Shown here: piece by piece, positions 10,825-22,400 of the stretch | Layout of the letters: every line of letters starts with the position of its first letter | Numbering within the stretch: position 1 is the first letter of the stretch | Notes under the pieces: model-generated | Database searches by the model: none | Told to the model about the DNA's origin: nothing | What the model saw: only the letters and a program-made list of their open reading frames with translations | Made by a program: the position numbers and the translations under genes | DNA from: Gammaproteobacteria bacterium | Lineage (GTDB): Bacteria; Pseudomonadota; Gammaproteobacteria; Eutrophobiales; Eutrophobiaceae | Length of the DNA stretch: 64,000 bases | Direction of reading: 5' to 3' | Assembly (NCBI GenBank): GCA_965238225.1 | Contig: OZ250183.1 | Coordinates: forward strand, 1,280,001 to 1,344,000

Positions 10825-11316
10825 CTATCTCTCAATAATATTAACATTGGTTTCAATTTCAACCAGATCAAATAATTCGATCATATCCTGATTTCGCATA
10901 CGCACACAGCCTCTTGATCCTGGCGTACCCATAGAAACTTCATCCGGGCTACCATGAATATAAATATAACGTTCATAGCTATCGATATTGCCGCCCTGGT
11001 TCTTGCCAGTTTCACAACCATCAAGCCAGAGGATGCGCGTTAATATCCAGTCTCTATCAGGAGATTGTTCTCGTAGCTTTGGGTGATATAGCTCATTTGT
11101 CGGTTTTCTACCAACAAACACAGTATTTGACTCATAGCCTGCGCCAATCTTTTCACGGATAAGGTGCACTCCTCTCGGCGTACATTCACTATCTATTTGC
11201 TCGCCTGTGCCATTTTTTGCCGTTGAAATGATATATTGCTTCAACACATCACTTCCCTCAAACAAACTAAGTGTTTGTTTTTTGATATTTATTTCTATGT
11301 GTTTATCTTGAATCAT
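10825..11316 (-). CDS. L,D-transpeptidase (YkuD family)
   Basis: TPRG, YIYIHG and SRGCVRM catalytic motifs. Confidence 0.92.
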   Translation of the reverse strand: MIQDKHIEINIKKQTLSLFEGSDVLKQYIISTAKNGTGEQIDSECTPRGVHLIREKIGAGYESNTVFVGRKPTNELYHPKLREQSPDRDWILTRILWLDGCETGKNQGGNIDSYERYIYIHGSPDEVSMGTPGSRGCVRMRNQDMIELFDLVEIETNVNIIER

Positions 11317-12686
11317 GTTTTATTTAATTTCCCATCTACCATTAGTTTCTTTTTACTAAATACTGCAATAGATTCAACATGTGTGGTATGAGGAAATACA
11401 TCTATCACACCTGCCTTATCTAACTGAAAATTTTTGTCATTGACCAATATACCTGCATCTCTTGCTAAGGTCGATGGATTGCAAGAAACATAAACTATTT
11501 TTTCGATTGATTTGAAATTTATATTTTCTATGATTGTCTGCGCACCATTACGCGCTGGATTCAGTAATAATTTATTAAAACCATCTTTTGTAAAATCTTC
11601 ATTCAGATTGTCTTTAGCCAAGTTTATTACTCTAAATTCTACATTACTTATATTGTTAAACACCGCATTTTCTTTTGCGCGCGCCACTAAACTATGATCT
11701 CCCTCAACACCTAACACATGATCAGATTTACGAGCTAAAGGTAAGGTAAAATTTCCTATCCCACAAAATAAATCAAGCACACTATCCTGATTATTTACTT
11801 CCAATAATTTTAAAACGCGAGACACCATGGCACAATTAATCTCAAGATTTACCTGAGTAAAGTCCATTGGTAGAAAATTTAGTGTGATATCGAATTCTGA
11901 TAAGTCATAGGATAACTGCTTTACAGTCGTTTCTGTATTTTTATCTAGTAATGGTGTCACTGAATCTAGACCAGCAGACTGTAAATAGATATCAATATTA
12001 TACTGTTCTCTGAAAACATTGAGTTTTACTATATCTTCATCATTAAAAGCGGCAAGATGTCTAAAAATTAACGCCGTAATTTTATCACCCACAGCAACTT
12101 CAATTTGTGGAATTTGTTTCATTAATGATAATTTTGTAATTAAACATTGTAGCGGCTCAATCAATCTCCCCACAAAAGGATACAAAATTTCACAACTATT
12201 CATATCAGCAACAAAAGGACTATATTTTTCTCTAAACCCAACCAACACTCGTCCCTTCTTCTTTACATATTTAACACCTAATCGCGCCTTACGACGATAA
12301 CCCCATGCAGACCCGGTTAATGGTGGGATAACAAATTTCGGCTTAACTTTGCCTATATGCGTAAATTGCTCCATCAAAACAGACTGTTTATGCTTTACTT
12401 GAAAATCATGCTGCATATGTTGCAAACTACAACCACCACACAAACCAAAGAATTTACATTTTGGCGTAACACGCTCTTTTGCCGGGTTACTTATCTCCAG
12501 CGCATGCGCTTCATCATAGCCTAGGCGCTGTCTTTTATACTGGAAAAGCACGTCCTCTCCCGGCAAAGCACCATGAACGAAGACTGTTTTACCCTCAATA
12601 TGCGCGATACCTCGTCCTTCATGAGAAAGAGATTCTATCTTTGCCCAAACAGGCTCCTTCGGAAGTTTTTTACGTCGTCTTGCCAT
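11313..12686 (-). CDS. rlmD: 23S rRNA (m5U1939) methyltransferase
   Basis: TRAM domain, C-x5-CGGC Fe-S motif, LDLFCGIGNF, YVSCNPSTLARD and FPHTTHVE. Confidence 0.96.
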   Translation of the reverse strand: MARRRKKLPKEPVWAKIESLSHEGRGIAHIEGKTVFVHGALPGEDVLFQYKRQRLGYDEAHALEISNPAKERVTPKCKFFGLCGGCSLQHMQHDFQVKHKQSVLMEQFTHIGKVKPKFVIPPLTGSAWGYRRKARLGVKYVKKKGRVLVGFREKYSPFVADMNSCEILYPFVGRLIEPLQCLITKLSLMKQIPQIEVAVGDKITALIFRHLAAFNDEDIVKLNVFREQYNIDIYLQSAGLDSVTPLLDKNTETTVKQLSYDLSEFDITLNFLPMDFTQVNLEINCAMVSRVLKLLEVNNQDSVLDLFCGIGNFTLPLARKSDHVLGVEGDHSLVARAKENAVFNNISNVEFRVINLAKDNLNEDFTKDGFNKLLLNPARNGAQTIIENINFKSIEKIVYVSCNPSTLARDAGILVNDKNFQLDKAGVIDVFPHTTHVESIAVFSKKKLMVDGKLNKT

Positions 12687-12776
12687 AATAGATAATAACT
12701 AAAATATCTATCCAATCAGTTAGGTCGGATAATTTTTTAGTTTTGAAATGAAAAATAATTGATGCAGTGAGATAAA

Positions 12777-13547
12777 TTAATTCCAGGCGCTTAGAAATTC
12801 CAATAAATGTGGATGACCTTCTTCCTGCAACATATTTCTGACACGTTCACATTCTGATGTATAAGCAGTCGTTGATTTCTGGCCTCGCATAAGTTCGTAA
12901 CGTAGATACACTAAATAAGTATTAAGTACATCAGTTTCGCAATAATTACGAATACCTTCAATATTTCCTGCGAGATAATTTTCCCATACTTTGCTGCCGT
13001 CCATACCCATCTTACCTGGAAAGCCCAACATAGTAGAAATCTCTGCCAATGGTGCATTGGCACGATGATTATATCCCGCGATGACATCCATCAAATCTGT
13101 ATGCCTGTCATGAAATCGACTAATATAATTATTCCATTTAAAACTTTGGTCATCGCCTCCAGTTTCCCAATAACGTTTGGCATTGACTTTGTGCAATAAT
13201 GCACGATAGTGCAAAACTGGCAAATCAAAATTACTGCCATTCCAAGAGATCAGTCTTGGTGTGTAACGATCAATACCATCAAAAAATCTTTGAATGATAT
13301 GAGCTTCAGGTGAAGTGACATCACCTAATGACCATACGCTTAATTTATCTTTTATTCTTAATACCACTGAAATAGCAATGATTTTTTGCAGGTGATGTTG
13401 AATGAATTCACTGCCACCAGTTTGTTGCCTACGTTTAGCAAACATGGATTCAACAACCTCTGTATCTGACAAACCTTCCATGTCATGAATCTTTCTTGCA
13501 GAATCAGCGTCTGGTATAGTTTCAATATCAAATATCAATATATTCAT
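12777..13547 (-). CDS. 3'-5' exonuclease (PolB-like DEDDy)
   Basis: FDIETIPD, SWNGSNFDLPVL and YCETDVLNT. Usual position between cysM and rlmD. Confidence 0.92.
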   Translation of the reverse strand: MNILIFDIETIPDADSARKIHDMEGLSDTEVVESMFAKRRQQTGGSEFIQHHLQKIIAISVVLRIKDKLSVWSLGDVTSPEAHIIQRFFDGIDRYTPRLISWNGSNFDLPVLHYRALLHKVNAKRYWETGGDDQSFKWNNYISRFHDRHTDLMDVIAGYNHRANAPLAEISTMLGFPGKMGMDGSKVWENYLAGNIEGIRNYCETDVLNTYLVYLRYELMRGQKSTTAYTSECERVRNMLQEEGHPHLLEFLSAWN

Positions 13548-13600
13548 TATTTTACAGGTTTATTTTAACTCTATGTTAATATACATTCAGATTTCTACAT

Positions 13601-14518
13601 TTAAAATTTAAAAATATCAGTAGACAGATAACGATCTCCACGGTCACAGACAACAGTAACAATCAGCGCATTTTCAAGCTCCGTCGAAAGTTTTAATACT
13701 GCTGCAATTGCCCCTCCAGAAGAAATTCCGGCAAAGATGCCTTCTTCTCGACCGAGGGCAATAGTAGTTTGCTCCGATTCTTTTTGTCCTATATCAATAA
13801 TTCTATCTACTCTTGTTGCATCATAAATCTGTGGAATATATTCCTTAGGCCAGCATCGAATACCGGGAATTTGTGCCCCTTCTGTGGGCTGTATGCCGAT
13901 AATTTGTATTGCAGAATTTTGCTCTTTCAAATAACGCGAAACTCCCATAATGGTTCCCGTAGTGCCCATAGCACTGACAAAATGTGTGATCTTTCCATGT
14001 GTATCGCGCCAAATTTCAGGACCTGTGCCTTCATAGTGTGATAAAGGGTTATCTTGATTTGAAAATTGATCGAGAATGACACCTTTTTTATCTGCTTCCA
14101 TTTCACGCGCAAGGTCTATTGCTGCTTCCATGCTGCCTGCTTCAGGTGTCAAAATAATCTCCGCACCAAAGGTCTTCATAACCGCACATCGTTCTTCGCT
14201 CATATGCTCGGGCATAATCAAGATCATCTTGTAGCCCTTTATGGCTGCTGCCATAGCCAATGCAATACCAGTATTACCGCTGGTTGCTTCAATCAAAGTA
14301 TCGCCAGGCGCAATGGAACCTCGCGCCTGCGCATGTTTGATCATACTTAGTGCGGGTCTATCTTTGACTGAACCTGCAGGATTGTTACCTTCCAGCTTGG
14401 CCATAATAATATTGCTGGTGGCTCCAGGCAGACGTTGCAGTCTGACCAACGGCGTATTACCAACGCAAGATTCAATCGTTTGAAAAACTTCTTGATTTAA
14501 TTTCTTAGTCACAGACAT
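13601..14518 (-). CDS. cysM: Cysteine synthase B
   Basis: KLEGNNPAGSVKDR, EATSGNTG, MGTTGT and CDRGDRYLS. Confidence 0.96.
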   Translation of the reverse strand: MSVTKKLNQEVFQTIESCVGNTPLVRLQRLPGATSNIIMAKLEGNNPAGSVKDRPALSMIKHAQARGSIAPGDTLIEATSGNTGIALAMAAAIKGYKMILIMPEHMSEERCAVMKTFGAEIILTPEAGSMEAAIDLAREMEADKKGVILDQFSNQDNPLSHYEGTGPEIWRDTHGKITHFVSAMGTTGTIMGVSRYLKEQNSAIQIIGIQPTEGAQIPGIRCWPKEYIPQIYDATRVDRIIDIGQKESEQTTIALGREEGIFAGISSGGAIAAVLKLSTELENALIVTVVCDRGDRYLSTDIFKF

Positions 14519-14536
14519 TGCTCGTTGTAATTAATT

Positions 14537-15013
14537 TTATCTCTCATCTAGTAATTGTCTGGCCAATATCACGGCATCTTCACGACCAAATTTAGCGGGA
14601 TAATAATCTTTACGACTACCAACTTCACCAAAACCTGATCTTTCATAAATTTTTAATGCCCGTCTATTTGAGGGTCGCACCTCAAGAAACATAATGGTTG
14701 CGTGATATGCCTTTGCCAGCCTAATAAAATGATTAAGCATCTCTTGGCCCATGCCATTACTCTGCACATCAGGTTTAATACAAAGATTCAGAATATGCGC
14801 TTCATCCGTCAATATAGACATAATGCCATAGCCAGAAACATCATCATCTTGCTCAAGAATCCAACAACAATATCCGGCTTGTAAGCAATCTTGAAAAATA
14901 TTAATTGACCAAGGAAATTCATAGACACTCTTTTCAATATTCATCACCTTTCCCAAGTCCATTTCAGACATAGGTCGAAAGATGATGTTCGCTTGTTTTA
15001 AGACTGCGCTCAT
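14537..15013 (-). CDS. rimI: Ribosomal protein S18 alanine N-acetyltransferase
   Basis: FPWS, EAHILNLCI, FLEVRPSN, RKDYY and EDA. The ATG at 15013 overlaps the upstream stop (ATGA). Confidence 0.93.
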   Translation of the reverse strand: MSAVLKQANIIFRPMSEMDLGKVMNIEKSVYEFPWSINIFQDCLQAGYCCWILEQDDDVSGYGIMSILTDEAHILNLCIKPDVQSNGMGQEMLNHFIRLAKAYHATIMFLEVRPSNRRALKIYERSGFGEVGSRKDYYPAKFGREDAVILARQLLDER

Positions 15014-15702
15014 TTTATTTCCTGATAAACTTGCATTGCCAATTGTAAATCCTTCCATGCTTTTCTCTTTTCACGAGGAGCGCGTAATAAATAAGCTGGG
15101 TGGTAGGTCACTATCACGGGAATTCCTGTATCAGAATATTGATAATTGTGACCACGCATCTTGCCTATAGGTGTTTCTGTCTGCAGCAAATTTTGTGCGG
15201 CGATACGACCTACTGCCAAAATAATCTTTGGTTGAATGAGATCAATCTGCTCTCGCAGATAAGCAGAACATGCGACAACTTCTGTAGGCTTTGGATCTCG
15301 ATTATTTGGCGGACGACATTTTAAAATGTTTGCAATAAAGACTTCCTCTCTTTGTAAGGAGCAGGCTAATAACATGCTGTTAAGTAATTCTCCAGCACGT
15401 CCAACAAAGGGTTCTCCTTGCCTGTCTTCTTCAGCACCTGGCGCTTCGCCAATGATTAACCAGTCAGCATTATAGTTGCCGATGCCAAACACCGTCTGTT
15501 TCCGACTTTCATGCAATTCACATTGTTGGCATTTTAAAACGCGTTGTCGCAGGTTTTTCCATAGTTTGTTTTCCTCAAGAATCGATTTGGAAGGGGATAT
15601 AAAGGCAGGGTTAATATTCATCCTGTCCTTTGACCAATATACATCTACACCTATAGTCTGCAGATAATATTCCTGTGTTTGCGTCAAAGCCATAAGGCTC
15701 AC
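15010..15702 (-). CDS. Uracil-DNA glycosylase, family 4
   Basis: Cxx[27 protein letters not shown] and TYHPAYLLR. Confidence 0.95.
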   Translation of the reverse strand: MSLMALTQTQEYYLQTIGVDVYWSKDRMNINPAFISPSKSILEENKLWKNLRQRVLKCQQCELHESRKQTVFGIGNYNADWLIIGEAPGAEEDRQGEPFVGRAGELLNSMLLACSLQREEVFIANILKCRPPNNRDPKPTEVVACSAYLREQIDLIQPKIILAVGRIAAQNLLQTETPIGKMRGHNYQYSDTGIPVIVTYHPAYLLRAPREKRKAWKDLQLAMQVYQEIK

Positions 15703-15703
15703 A

Positions 15704-17251
15704 TCAAATTTGCGGATGAGTACGCTTAGCCTGAGCCTGAGCCTGAGCCTGAGCCTTATTTAGCGCATTAATATAAGCCTTTGCAGAAGCAATAATAATA
15801 TCCGTATCTGCGCCTTGCCCATTGATGACCCGACCGTCTATATTAACTCTGACCGTAACCTCTCCTTGCGAATCTGTTCCAGTAGTAATATTGCTCACTG
15901 AGTAAAGTTCTAGGACACAATCGCTTTCTATCACTGACTCGATAGCCTTGAATGTTGCGTCGACTGGTCCACTGCCTTTCGAGTTAGCATGTTTTTCTTC
16001 GTCATCAACAGCCAGAATCACCTCGGCAACAGGGACTTCACCTGTTTCAGAATTCACCTTTAGGGAAACCAGTTTAATTCGTTCAATGTTGATTCCATGC
16101 AAGGTATCAATGACCAATGCCTGTAAATCTTCATCGAAAATTTCATGCTTTTTGTCTGCAAGATCTTTAAAGCGACTAAACGCTGCATTTAAATCTTCTT
16201 CGCGTTCAAACTCCGCACCCAAATCTGATAGTCGAGATTTAAATGCATTACGCCCTGAATGTTTTCCCAAAACCATTCTACTGGCATTCCAACCCACATC
16301 TTCAGCACGCATAATCTCGTAAGTCTCTCGGCTTTTGAGCACACCATCCTGATGAATTCCCGCTTCATGAACAAAGGCATTGGCGCCGACAATGGCCTTG
16401 TTCGGTTGCACGGGGAAGCCTGTCACACTTGAAATCAAACGTGAGCAAGTCATAATCTGCGTGGTATCCAAAGTCGTATCACAGGGGAATACGTCTTGAC
16501 GCGTACGTACCGTCATAACAACTTCCTCTAAAGATGCGTTGCCAGCACGTTCTCCCAAACCATTAACGGTACACTCGACCTGTCTGGCACCGTTCATAAC
16601 TGCCGCAAGCGAGTTACCGACTGCCAAACCTAAATCATTATGACAATGTACTGAGAAGACTGCTTTATCAGAATTCGGTATCCTTTCAACTAATTGTTTG
16701 ATCAGTTCGCCAAATTGCTGAGGCAAACTATAACCCACTGTATCCGGAATGTTTAGTGTCGTAGCGCCAGCATCAATCACAGCCTCCAATATGCGACACA
16801 AAAAATCCAGTTCTGAGCGGCCAGCATCTTCTGGTGAAAATTCAACATTGTCTGTGTAATTGCGTGCCCGTTTAACTGCATGCACAGCATGTTCTACAAC
16901 CTGATTAGGTGTCATATGCAATTTTTTTTCCATATGAATAGGTGATGTTGCAAGAAAGGTATGAATTCTTGAGGATCGCGCTGGTTTCAAAGCGGCAGCT
17001 GCCTTATCGATATCTTTATCCAGAGCGCGCGCAAGTCCGCAAACCGTGCTGTCTTGGATGACTTTGGCAACTTGATGTACAGCTTCGAAATCACCAAGGC
17101 TTGCTATTGGGAAGCCTGCTTCGATGATATCAACCTTCATGCGTTCTAATGCCTTGGCAATTCGAACTTTCTCTTCCTTGGTCATTGACGCACCAGGGCT
17201 TTGTTCTCCGTCGCGAAGAGTTGTATCAAATATTATTAATTTGTCTTGCAT
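15704..17251 (-). CDS. leuA: 2-isopropylmalate synthase
   Basis: [29 protein letters not shown] and the C-terminal regulatory domain GSGPVDA. Confidence 0.98.
   Translation of the reverse strand: MQDKLIIFDTTLRDGEQSPGASMTKEEKVRIAKALERMKVDIIEAGFPIASLGDFEAVHQVAKVIQDSTVCGLARALDKDIDKAAAALKPARSSRIHTFLATSPIHMEKKLHMTPNQVVEHAVHAVKRARNYTDNVEFSPEDAGRSELDFLCRILEAVIDAGATTLNIPDTVGYSLPQQFGELIKQLVERIPNSDKAVFSVHCHNDLGLAVGNSLAAVMNGARQVECTVNGLGERAGNASLEEVVMTVRTRQDVFPCDTTLDTTQIMTCSRLISSVTGFPVQPNKAIVGANAFVHEAGIHQDGVLKSRETYEIMRAEDVGWNASRMVLGKHSGRNAFKSRLSDLGAEFEREEDLNAAFSRFKDLADKKHEIFDEDLQALVIDTLHGINIERIKLVSLKVNSETGEVPVAEVILAVDDEEKHANSKGSGPVDATFKAIESVIESDCVLELYSVSNITTGTDSQGEVTVRVNIDGRVINGQGADTDIIIASAKAYINALNKAQAQAQAQAKRTHPQI
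15729..15755. repeat. (GCCTGA)4 hexamer repeat encoding the Ala-Gln run at the LeuA C-terminus
   Basis: Read directly as gcctga x4 plus gcc. Confidence 0.9.
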
Positions 17252-17367
17252 ATTCCTGCTCCAAAACCTACGTCCATATTACAGTATGAATGTGAAACCA
17301 TAAACTAAATTTGTCCTGTGTAATATCATTACACGAACATTAATGGATTTTTAAATTTTAAGGTAGT

Positions 17368-17457
17368 TTATCTTGCCCGACAGGGCAGCAGGCGCAGCGC
17401 AAAATAATGATGCAGCTTGATCATAGAGTCAGAGCGGTTTGGAATGAATACCTTCAT
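17368..17457 (-). promoter_or_regulatory. Candidate leuA leader peptide (29 aa)
   Basis: MKVFIPNRSDSMIKLHHYFALRLLPCRAR with clustered CTG codons in a GC-rich patch, just downstream of a TTGTAA-N16-TATATT promoter-like element (17496-17469). Confidence 0.35.
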
Positions 17458-17622
17458 TTACAGTACAAAATATAGCGATACTTTCAGGTATTACAAGTTC
17501 TTTATTCGTACGTTCAATCTACGAGTGTAGTGCTTAATGAGTTAGAATGAGCTAAATTATAATGCCCAATCAGAGTAAATGAACTCCAAACACTATCAAA
17601 GCTATCCCAGTTCACTCGGAAA

Positions 17623-19467
17623 TTAATTTACCCTGACAATTGCTTTTCTGTCTAAAAATGAATTAAAGAACTCACAGGCATTATCAGATATTAATGCACA
17701 GGAATAACAAGCGGCTAAGTTCATTTCTCCCACACCTTGTCCGTCAGAATGATAACAAATCGGATCAGAAGCGCAGTCCTTGGCTCTCTCTAAAGCATTC
17801 TTTAATAACTGCTCGAACTTTACAGGGGTAGCCTGCGAAGCCAATCCACCGTAACTGCCTTCCATGCCACCTACTGTATAAATTAAAACACCTTGCATTT
17901 CATTTTCATCTACAAACAATCGTTCTTGTAAAGATACTGTGGGATAACCGCAAGAAAATTCTAACTCTTTCATCAACAAATGAGATAAAGTGTGTACAAA
18001 AATAAATTTGGCTAAATGTTGTTCATTGTTAAATTTTCTTTTAAATAGCGAGCTGTCTTTGCTTTTGTTAAAAACATTTTTTATACGGTTTTTTTCTTTG
18101 GTGAAATATTGATTTATTTTACCTTGATTAAACGTGATGAAAATGCCTTCACCAAAATTCTCAATACCTAATAAATATTCAGTCTGATTGCCTTTAGTTG
18201 AAGTATATTTTGGCTTTATTGCATCAATTTCATTATCTAAAAATAAGTCAATATCTAAGGGTTGCTGTCTGGTATAGCCCGTTTGCACTGTGGTCATTTT
18301 TAATCGCGATATTTTCACCAAATGGCGAATGTCGCATTCTATCAAATCAGTTTCTTGATGCTTAAAAATAAAATCATCTTTTTTGTAGTCTCTATTTTCT
18401 AAGATAAATTGATATTCTTTTTGCCGATAAGCCAATTCTTTTTGAAAACCTTGATTATCTTTAGTATTTATATAATCTTGTATTTCAGATTTTTGATAAC
18501 GATCATCTAAAGCATCAAACATAAAATCAACTGTTTTATTTTTATCAAGCCATCTGTCTATTTTGGCTTGATCAGTATCAGCTATACTGCCAGCGCTGGG
18601 CAAATACAGACTATGCGTTAAGATAGAATAATAAACGCTATTACTAGAACGAATTACTATTTTATATCTATGCTTTTTTTCTGTATCGGAAAAATAACTT
18701 AAACTATATAAACCTGTCAGCGTTGCGCGTCCTTTACACTCCTTGCAATTAATGTTAATGCCTGCTAAATCCTCATAGTCACCCAGCTTATAATATAAAT
18801 CTTGCTTATCACAACATTTTTGCAACTTGCTAAAATCTATGGTTTTATCCTCTTCATGTTTGGCTTGTTGTTTAAAAGTGAGCCACTTATCCCAAGGCAC
18901 ATCAGAAATCTTGCCATCAGAACTAATCATAATGAATCGCACTTGAGTTAAGTTGTGATGATGCCATTTTCCTTTTTTCTTTATCTTGGCTTCTTCGTAA
19001 CAATATCCACATTTTGGTGGAATAAAGTTTTCCTTTGCTTTATTAGAGTTTTCAAAGTCATATTGCTTGATGACTTCGTCCCATTTCTGCCACCAATCTC
19101 CTAGTGGCTTGAAGTGCCGGCATTTACTACAAAACATCCATTTTGGAAAATATGAAGCAGTGGCAACATTTTCCTGGTCTGTGGGTTGGTGGGCGTATTG
19201 AGCCTTAGAAAAACTTTTCGTGGTGTTAGTTGGCACTTTTACTAAGGCTTTTAACTTAGGGAACCCTTTCTCATCTTTTAGGCGTTCTAACAAGCGATAA
19301 TCATTAATATGGCAGTCCGTTTCTTCCAAGTGTTTATCTCCTTCGAAAAATACCCACTTATCAATGGGTTCAATTTTTACCACACCTTTGACATCTTCTA
19401 CTAACGCACCCACACCTGCAAAAGCGCCTACCATTTTCCTGCTTTGGGTTTGTATAAATTTATTCAT
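17623..19467 (-). CDS. drmB: DrmB-like DUF1998 protein
   Basis: N-terminal GVGALV, FPKWMFCSKC, RSSNSVYY, HTLSHLLMKEL, GSYGGL and the DUF1998 Cys cluster CASDPIC...AACYSC...CE..N..LDR. Probable start at 19467, overlapping the drmA stop. Confidence 0.88.
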   Translation of the reverse strand: MNKFIQTQSRKMVGAFAGVGALVEDVKGVVKIEPIDKWVFFEGDKHLEETDCHINDYRLLERLKDEKGFPKLKALVKVPTNTTKSFSKAQYAHQPTDQENVATASYFPKWMFCSKCRHFKPLGDWWQKWDEVIKQYDFENSNKAKENFIPPKCGYCYEEAKIKKKGKWHHHNLTQVRFIMISSDGKISDVPWDKWLTFKQQAKHEEDKTIDFSKLQKCCDKQDLYYKLGDYEDLAGININCKECKGRATLTGLYSLSYFSDTEKKHRYKIVIRSSNSVYYSILTHSLYLPSAGSIADTDQAKIDRWLDKNKTVDFMFDALDDRYQKSEIQDYINTKDNQGFQKELAYRQKEYQFILENRDYKKDDFIFKHQETDLIECDIRHLVKISRLKMTTVQTGYTRQQPLDIDLFLDNEIDAIKPKYTSTKGNQTEYLLGIENFGEGIFITFNQGKINQYFTKEKNRIKNVFNKSKDSSLFKRKFNNEQHLAKFIFVHTLSHLLMKELEFSCGYPTVSLQERLFVDENEMQGVLIYTVGGMEGSYGGLASQATPVKFEQLLKNALERAKDCASDPICYHSDGQGVGEMNLAACYSCALISDNACEFFNSFLDRKAIVRVN

Positions 19468-22400
19468 AATCGTTAGTAAAGGTTTGTTGAATTCTAATAA
19501 AACTACTGCTATCAATATCTCGCATCGATTGTGCAACTACCCATTTTTTATCCTTTAAGGCTAATTTGGTGTCTGGCTTAGACAACAATGCATCCTCTTT
19601 GCCGTCATAGACCTTATAAGGATTATCTTTATTTATTTTTTGTGCCCAATCCTTACTTAACTCATCTAATCTATTAAAACAAAAGTCTAAATTTACACTT
19701 TCCCCAAAACGATTTTTTAGTAATTCTTTGAAATCACTAATACAGTCATTTGTAAAATTCTTCATATCACCATTTTTATTCAGTTTCTTCTTATGTCGAA
19801 CATAGGTAATCATCAAGCTAGCAATCATCTTGTCAATGGTATTCTCAGTAAACGGAGTGATACTAAGTGGTTCAATTTGCTTATACAGCGATTGGTGAAA
19901 CGATAAAAAATGTTCAAAATAAGACTTATCTCTAGCACGGTTAGAATCAAAAAAGGCAACAACCAAACCTTTGTCTTTTCTGCCTACTCTTGATGAAGCT
20001 TGAATGTATTCCGCCGTATTTCTTGGCATACCATTGATAAGCATCATATTGAGTCTATCTATATCAATACCGACCGAAAGCATATTAGTGGCTAATACTA
20101 AATCAACCGCCTCTCTTTTAACATTTTGATAACCTTTGTCATTAGGTTCGTTGAGTGCAAAATTTTGTTCCAACTGGTCTAAATTTTGTTTGATTTTTGC
20201 ACTGTCTATACGAGAGGTTAATTCTTTAGTTCTGCTTTTTAAACCAAAATAATTAAAACCATACTGGCTCAGTTGTAAGCGTTTTTGTGTTTGCTTAATA
20301 AGTGTTTGTATTTCATCACCGACTTTATTAGACATTCTGCCCACATCTCTTAAACTATTGTAATAAGAGACCAAAGTCCAATAAGGGTTAGTTTGTTCTT
20401 CATCGGTTTTATAAATTTTTAACCTAGCAATAAATAACACCGCTAATAAATGAATTTGGGTATCAACACCAGTTTTACCTGTGGGCATAAAACCTAAATA
20501 TTTACGATCGCTATCACCAGATTCTTTGAAGAAAAAACTATCATCATAAGTAAGCCCTGATGGTGGGAAAACATTAACTGAACGATTACCATATAATTGT
20601 TTAACCTGTTCGTTGGTATTGCGAGTGGTTGCCGTAGAGGCAATAATTTTAGGGCTAGAATCTCCTTTGATGCATAAATCCTCTATAACTGCTTCAAATA
20701 AACCAACAATTGAACCCAAGGGACCTGTTAATAAATGCAATTCATCTTGGATAATTAAATCAGGTGGCAAGTCGTTATCATCGCCCAAACTATTAAAAAA
20801 GCTATGTCCTTTTTCTTTCCAACTGAGCATTGCCATTTTATCAACGGTGGCAAATAACAAAGTAGGCGGATGATTATATAAAACCTCATCCACAACTTGC
20901 ACAGGTAAGCCGTTACCTTTAGAAAAACAACACGCATTATTTAGGCATTTGATTTTTAAATCTTTTCTTCTTGACTCAAATGCGTGTGTATGAGTTTTAC
21001 CATTTTCTTTTATTAGTTTTTCATTGCACCAAGGACAGGTGTCAATTTGAAATTTATTGGCACCAATGCCTGTTTTAGTTATTTGCTCTGTTGCTTTTTT
21101 CGCATCACTAATATTATTTGGCGTTGAAGATTGACCAATCCACAAACCAATATTGATTTTTTCGTCTTTTAAATCATCGCTAAACTGCTGGCGTAAATAT
21201 TCTAAAACGGTGATTAACTTAGTGGCTCGCTCAAATTGCTGTGCGGTGAGTAATCTCAAGGTATAACGCATAATGACTGACACGCCTTGATACTTTTCAT
21301 TAGTCATCCGCCGCCAAAGTATTGTAAATGCTGCTACTGCTAAATAGGCTTCAGTTTTACCGCCGCCAGTTGGAAACCAGATTAAATCAACGTCATCTTT
21401 ACGGTATCTTGATTGTGGATTGATGGTGCTTTCTAAACTTAACAAGAAAAATGCCAACTGGAAAGGGTGGTAAGTTATTTCTTTCTTTTGTGTTTCACTA
21501 CAAGGGCATTGGGTCTTTTCCGTGCTTTGTATGTCTTGATAAAAATCGCCCTTTAATGAAAATCGCAATAACAATGAAAATTGCAATAACATTGCCGTAT
21601 TAGCATATTGAAAGACTTTAAATAATTGCTGATTGTTTGCTAATAATTGCACCCCCTCTTTTAATCTCTTTAATGTTTCATCTAATTCATTGGTAATATT
21701 TTTACCTATCTCACTATTAGCACCATCATTTTGTTTTTGTTTTGTAATCCAATCACTATATTTGCTAATAAAGTCAGTAAGTTTATTAACAGCTTGGCTT
21801 TGATTGCCGCCCCAAATAGACAAATAATACAAAGGAATATTTTCTAGATCTAGAATATCTGTTTTAGTGCTTTTTAAATTATAGGTGGGTAAAAAAGTGG
21901 TGTTTATTTTAATGGGATTAGCTAAGGGATGCCATGCAGCACTGCAATTATGTCCTATGGCAAAGTGTTCAATATTTCTATATAAAAAATCCAGCGTTTG
22001 CTGTTCTTCATCAAAATAAACCTTATTTTTATCATAAGGTTTATAAGGTAGCAATTTATTAGAATTAATACTGATTTCTGCTTGAAATAAGCAAGATGTA
22101 TTTAACTCTTTTTTGCTATTAGAAAATTTATTGTTAGGAATACCATCAAACAAATTTACCAATTGAATTTTTATATATTTTTTATTATTCTCTGGGTAGA
22201 TTTTAAGCGTCCAGCCTGCCTTTTGAAAATCAGAAAATGGCATAGGTTCATTCTTGTTTTCTAATTTGATATTTTCAGTAATATTTATTGGTTTTCTTTG
22301 CCATAATCTGGCAATTAATTTGCTAAATTGCTCGTGTAGGGGGCGTAGGATTTCTTTATAATCATTGTCTGTATTCTTTTTCCAATCATCAAAGCATTTA

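Noticed and set aside
11545-11575. RlmD motif NPAR instead of DPAR as inactivation
   Set aside because: The related RlmC family has Asn at this position, and the catalytic Cys and Glu motifs are intact.
19468-19536. Extended N-terminus of DrmB as given in the ORF track
   Set aside because: It overlaps the drmA 3' end. The ATG at 19467 gives normal translational coupling.
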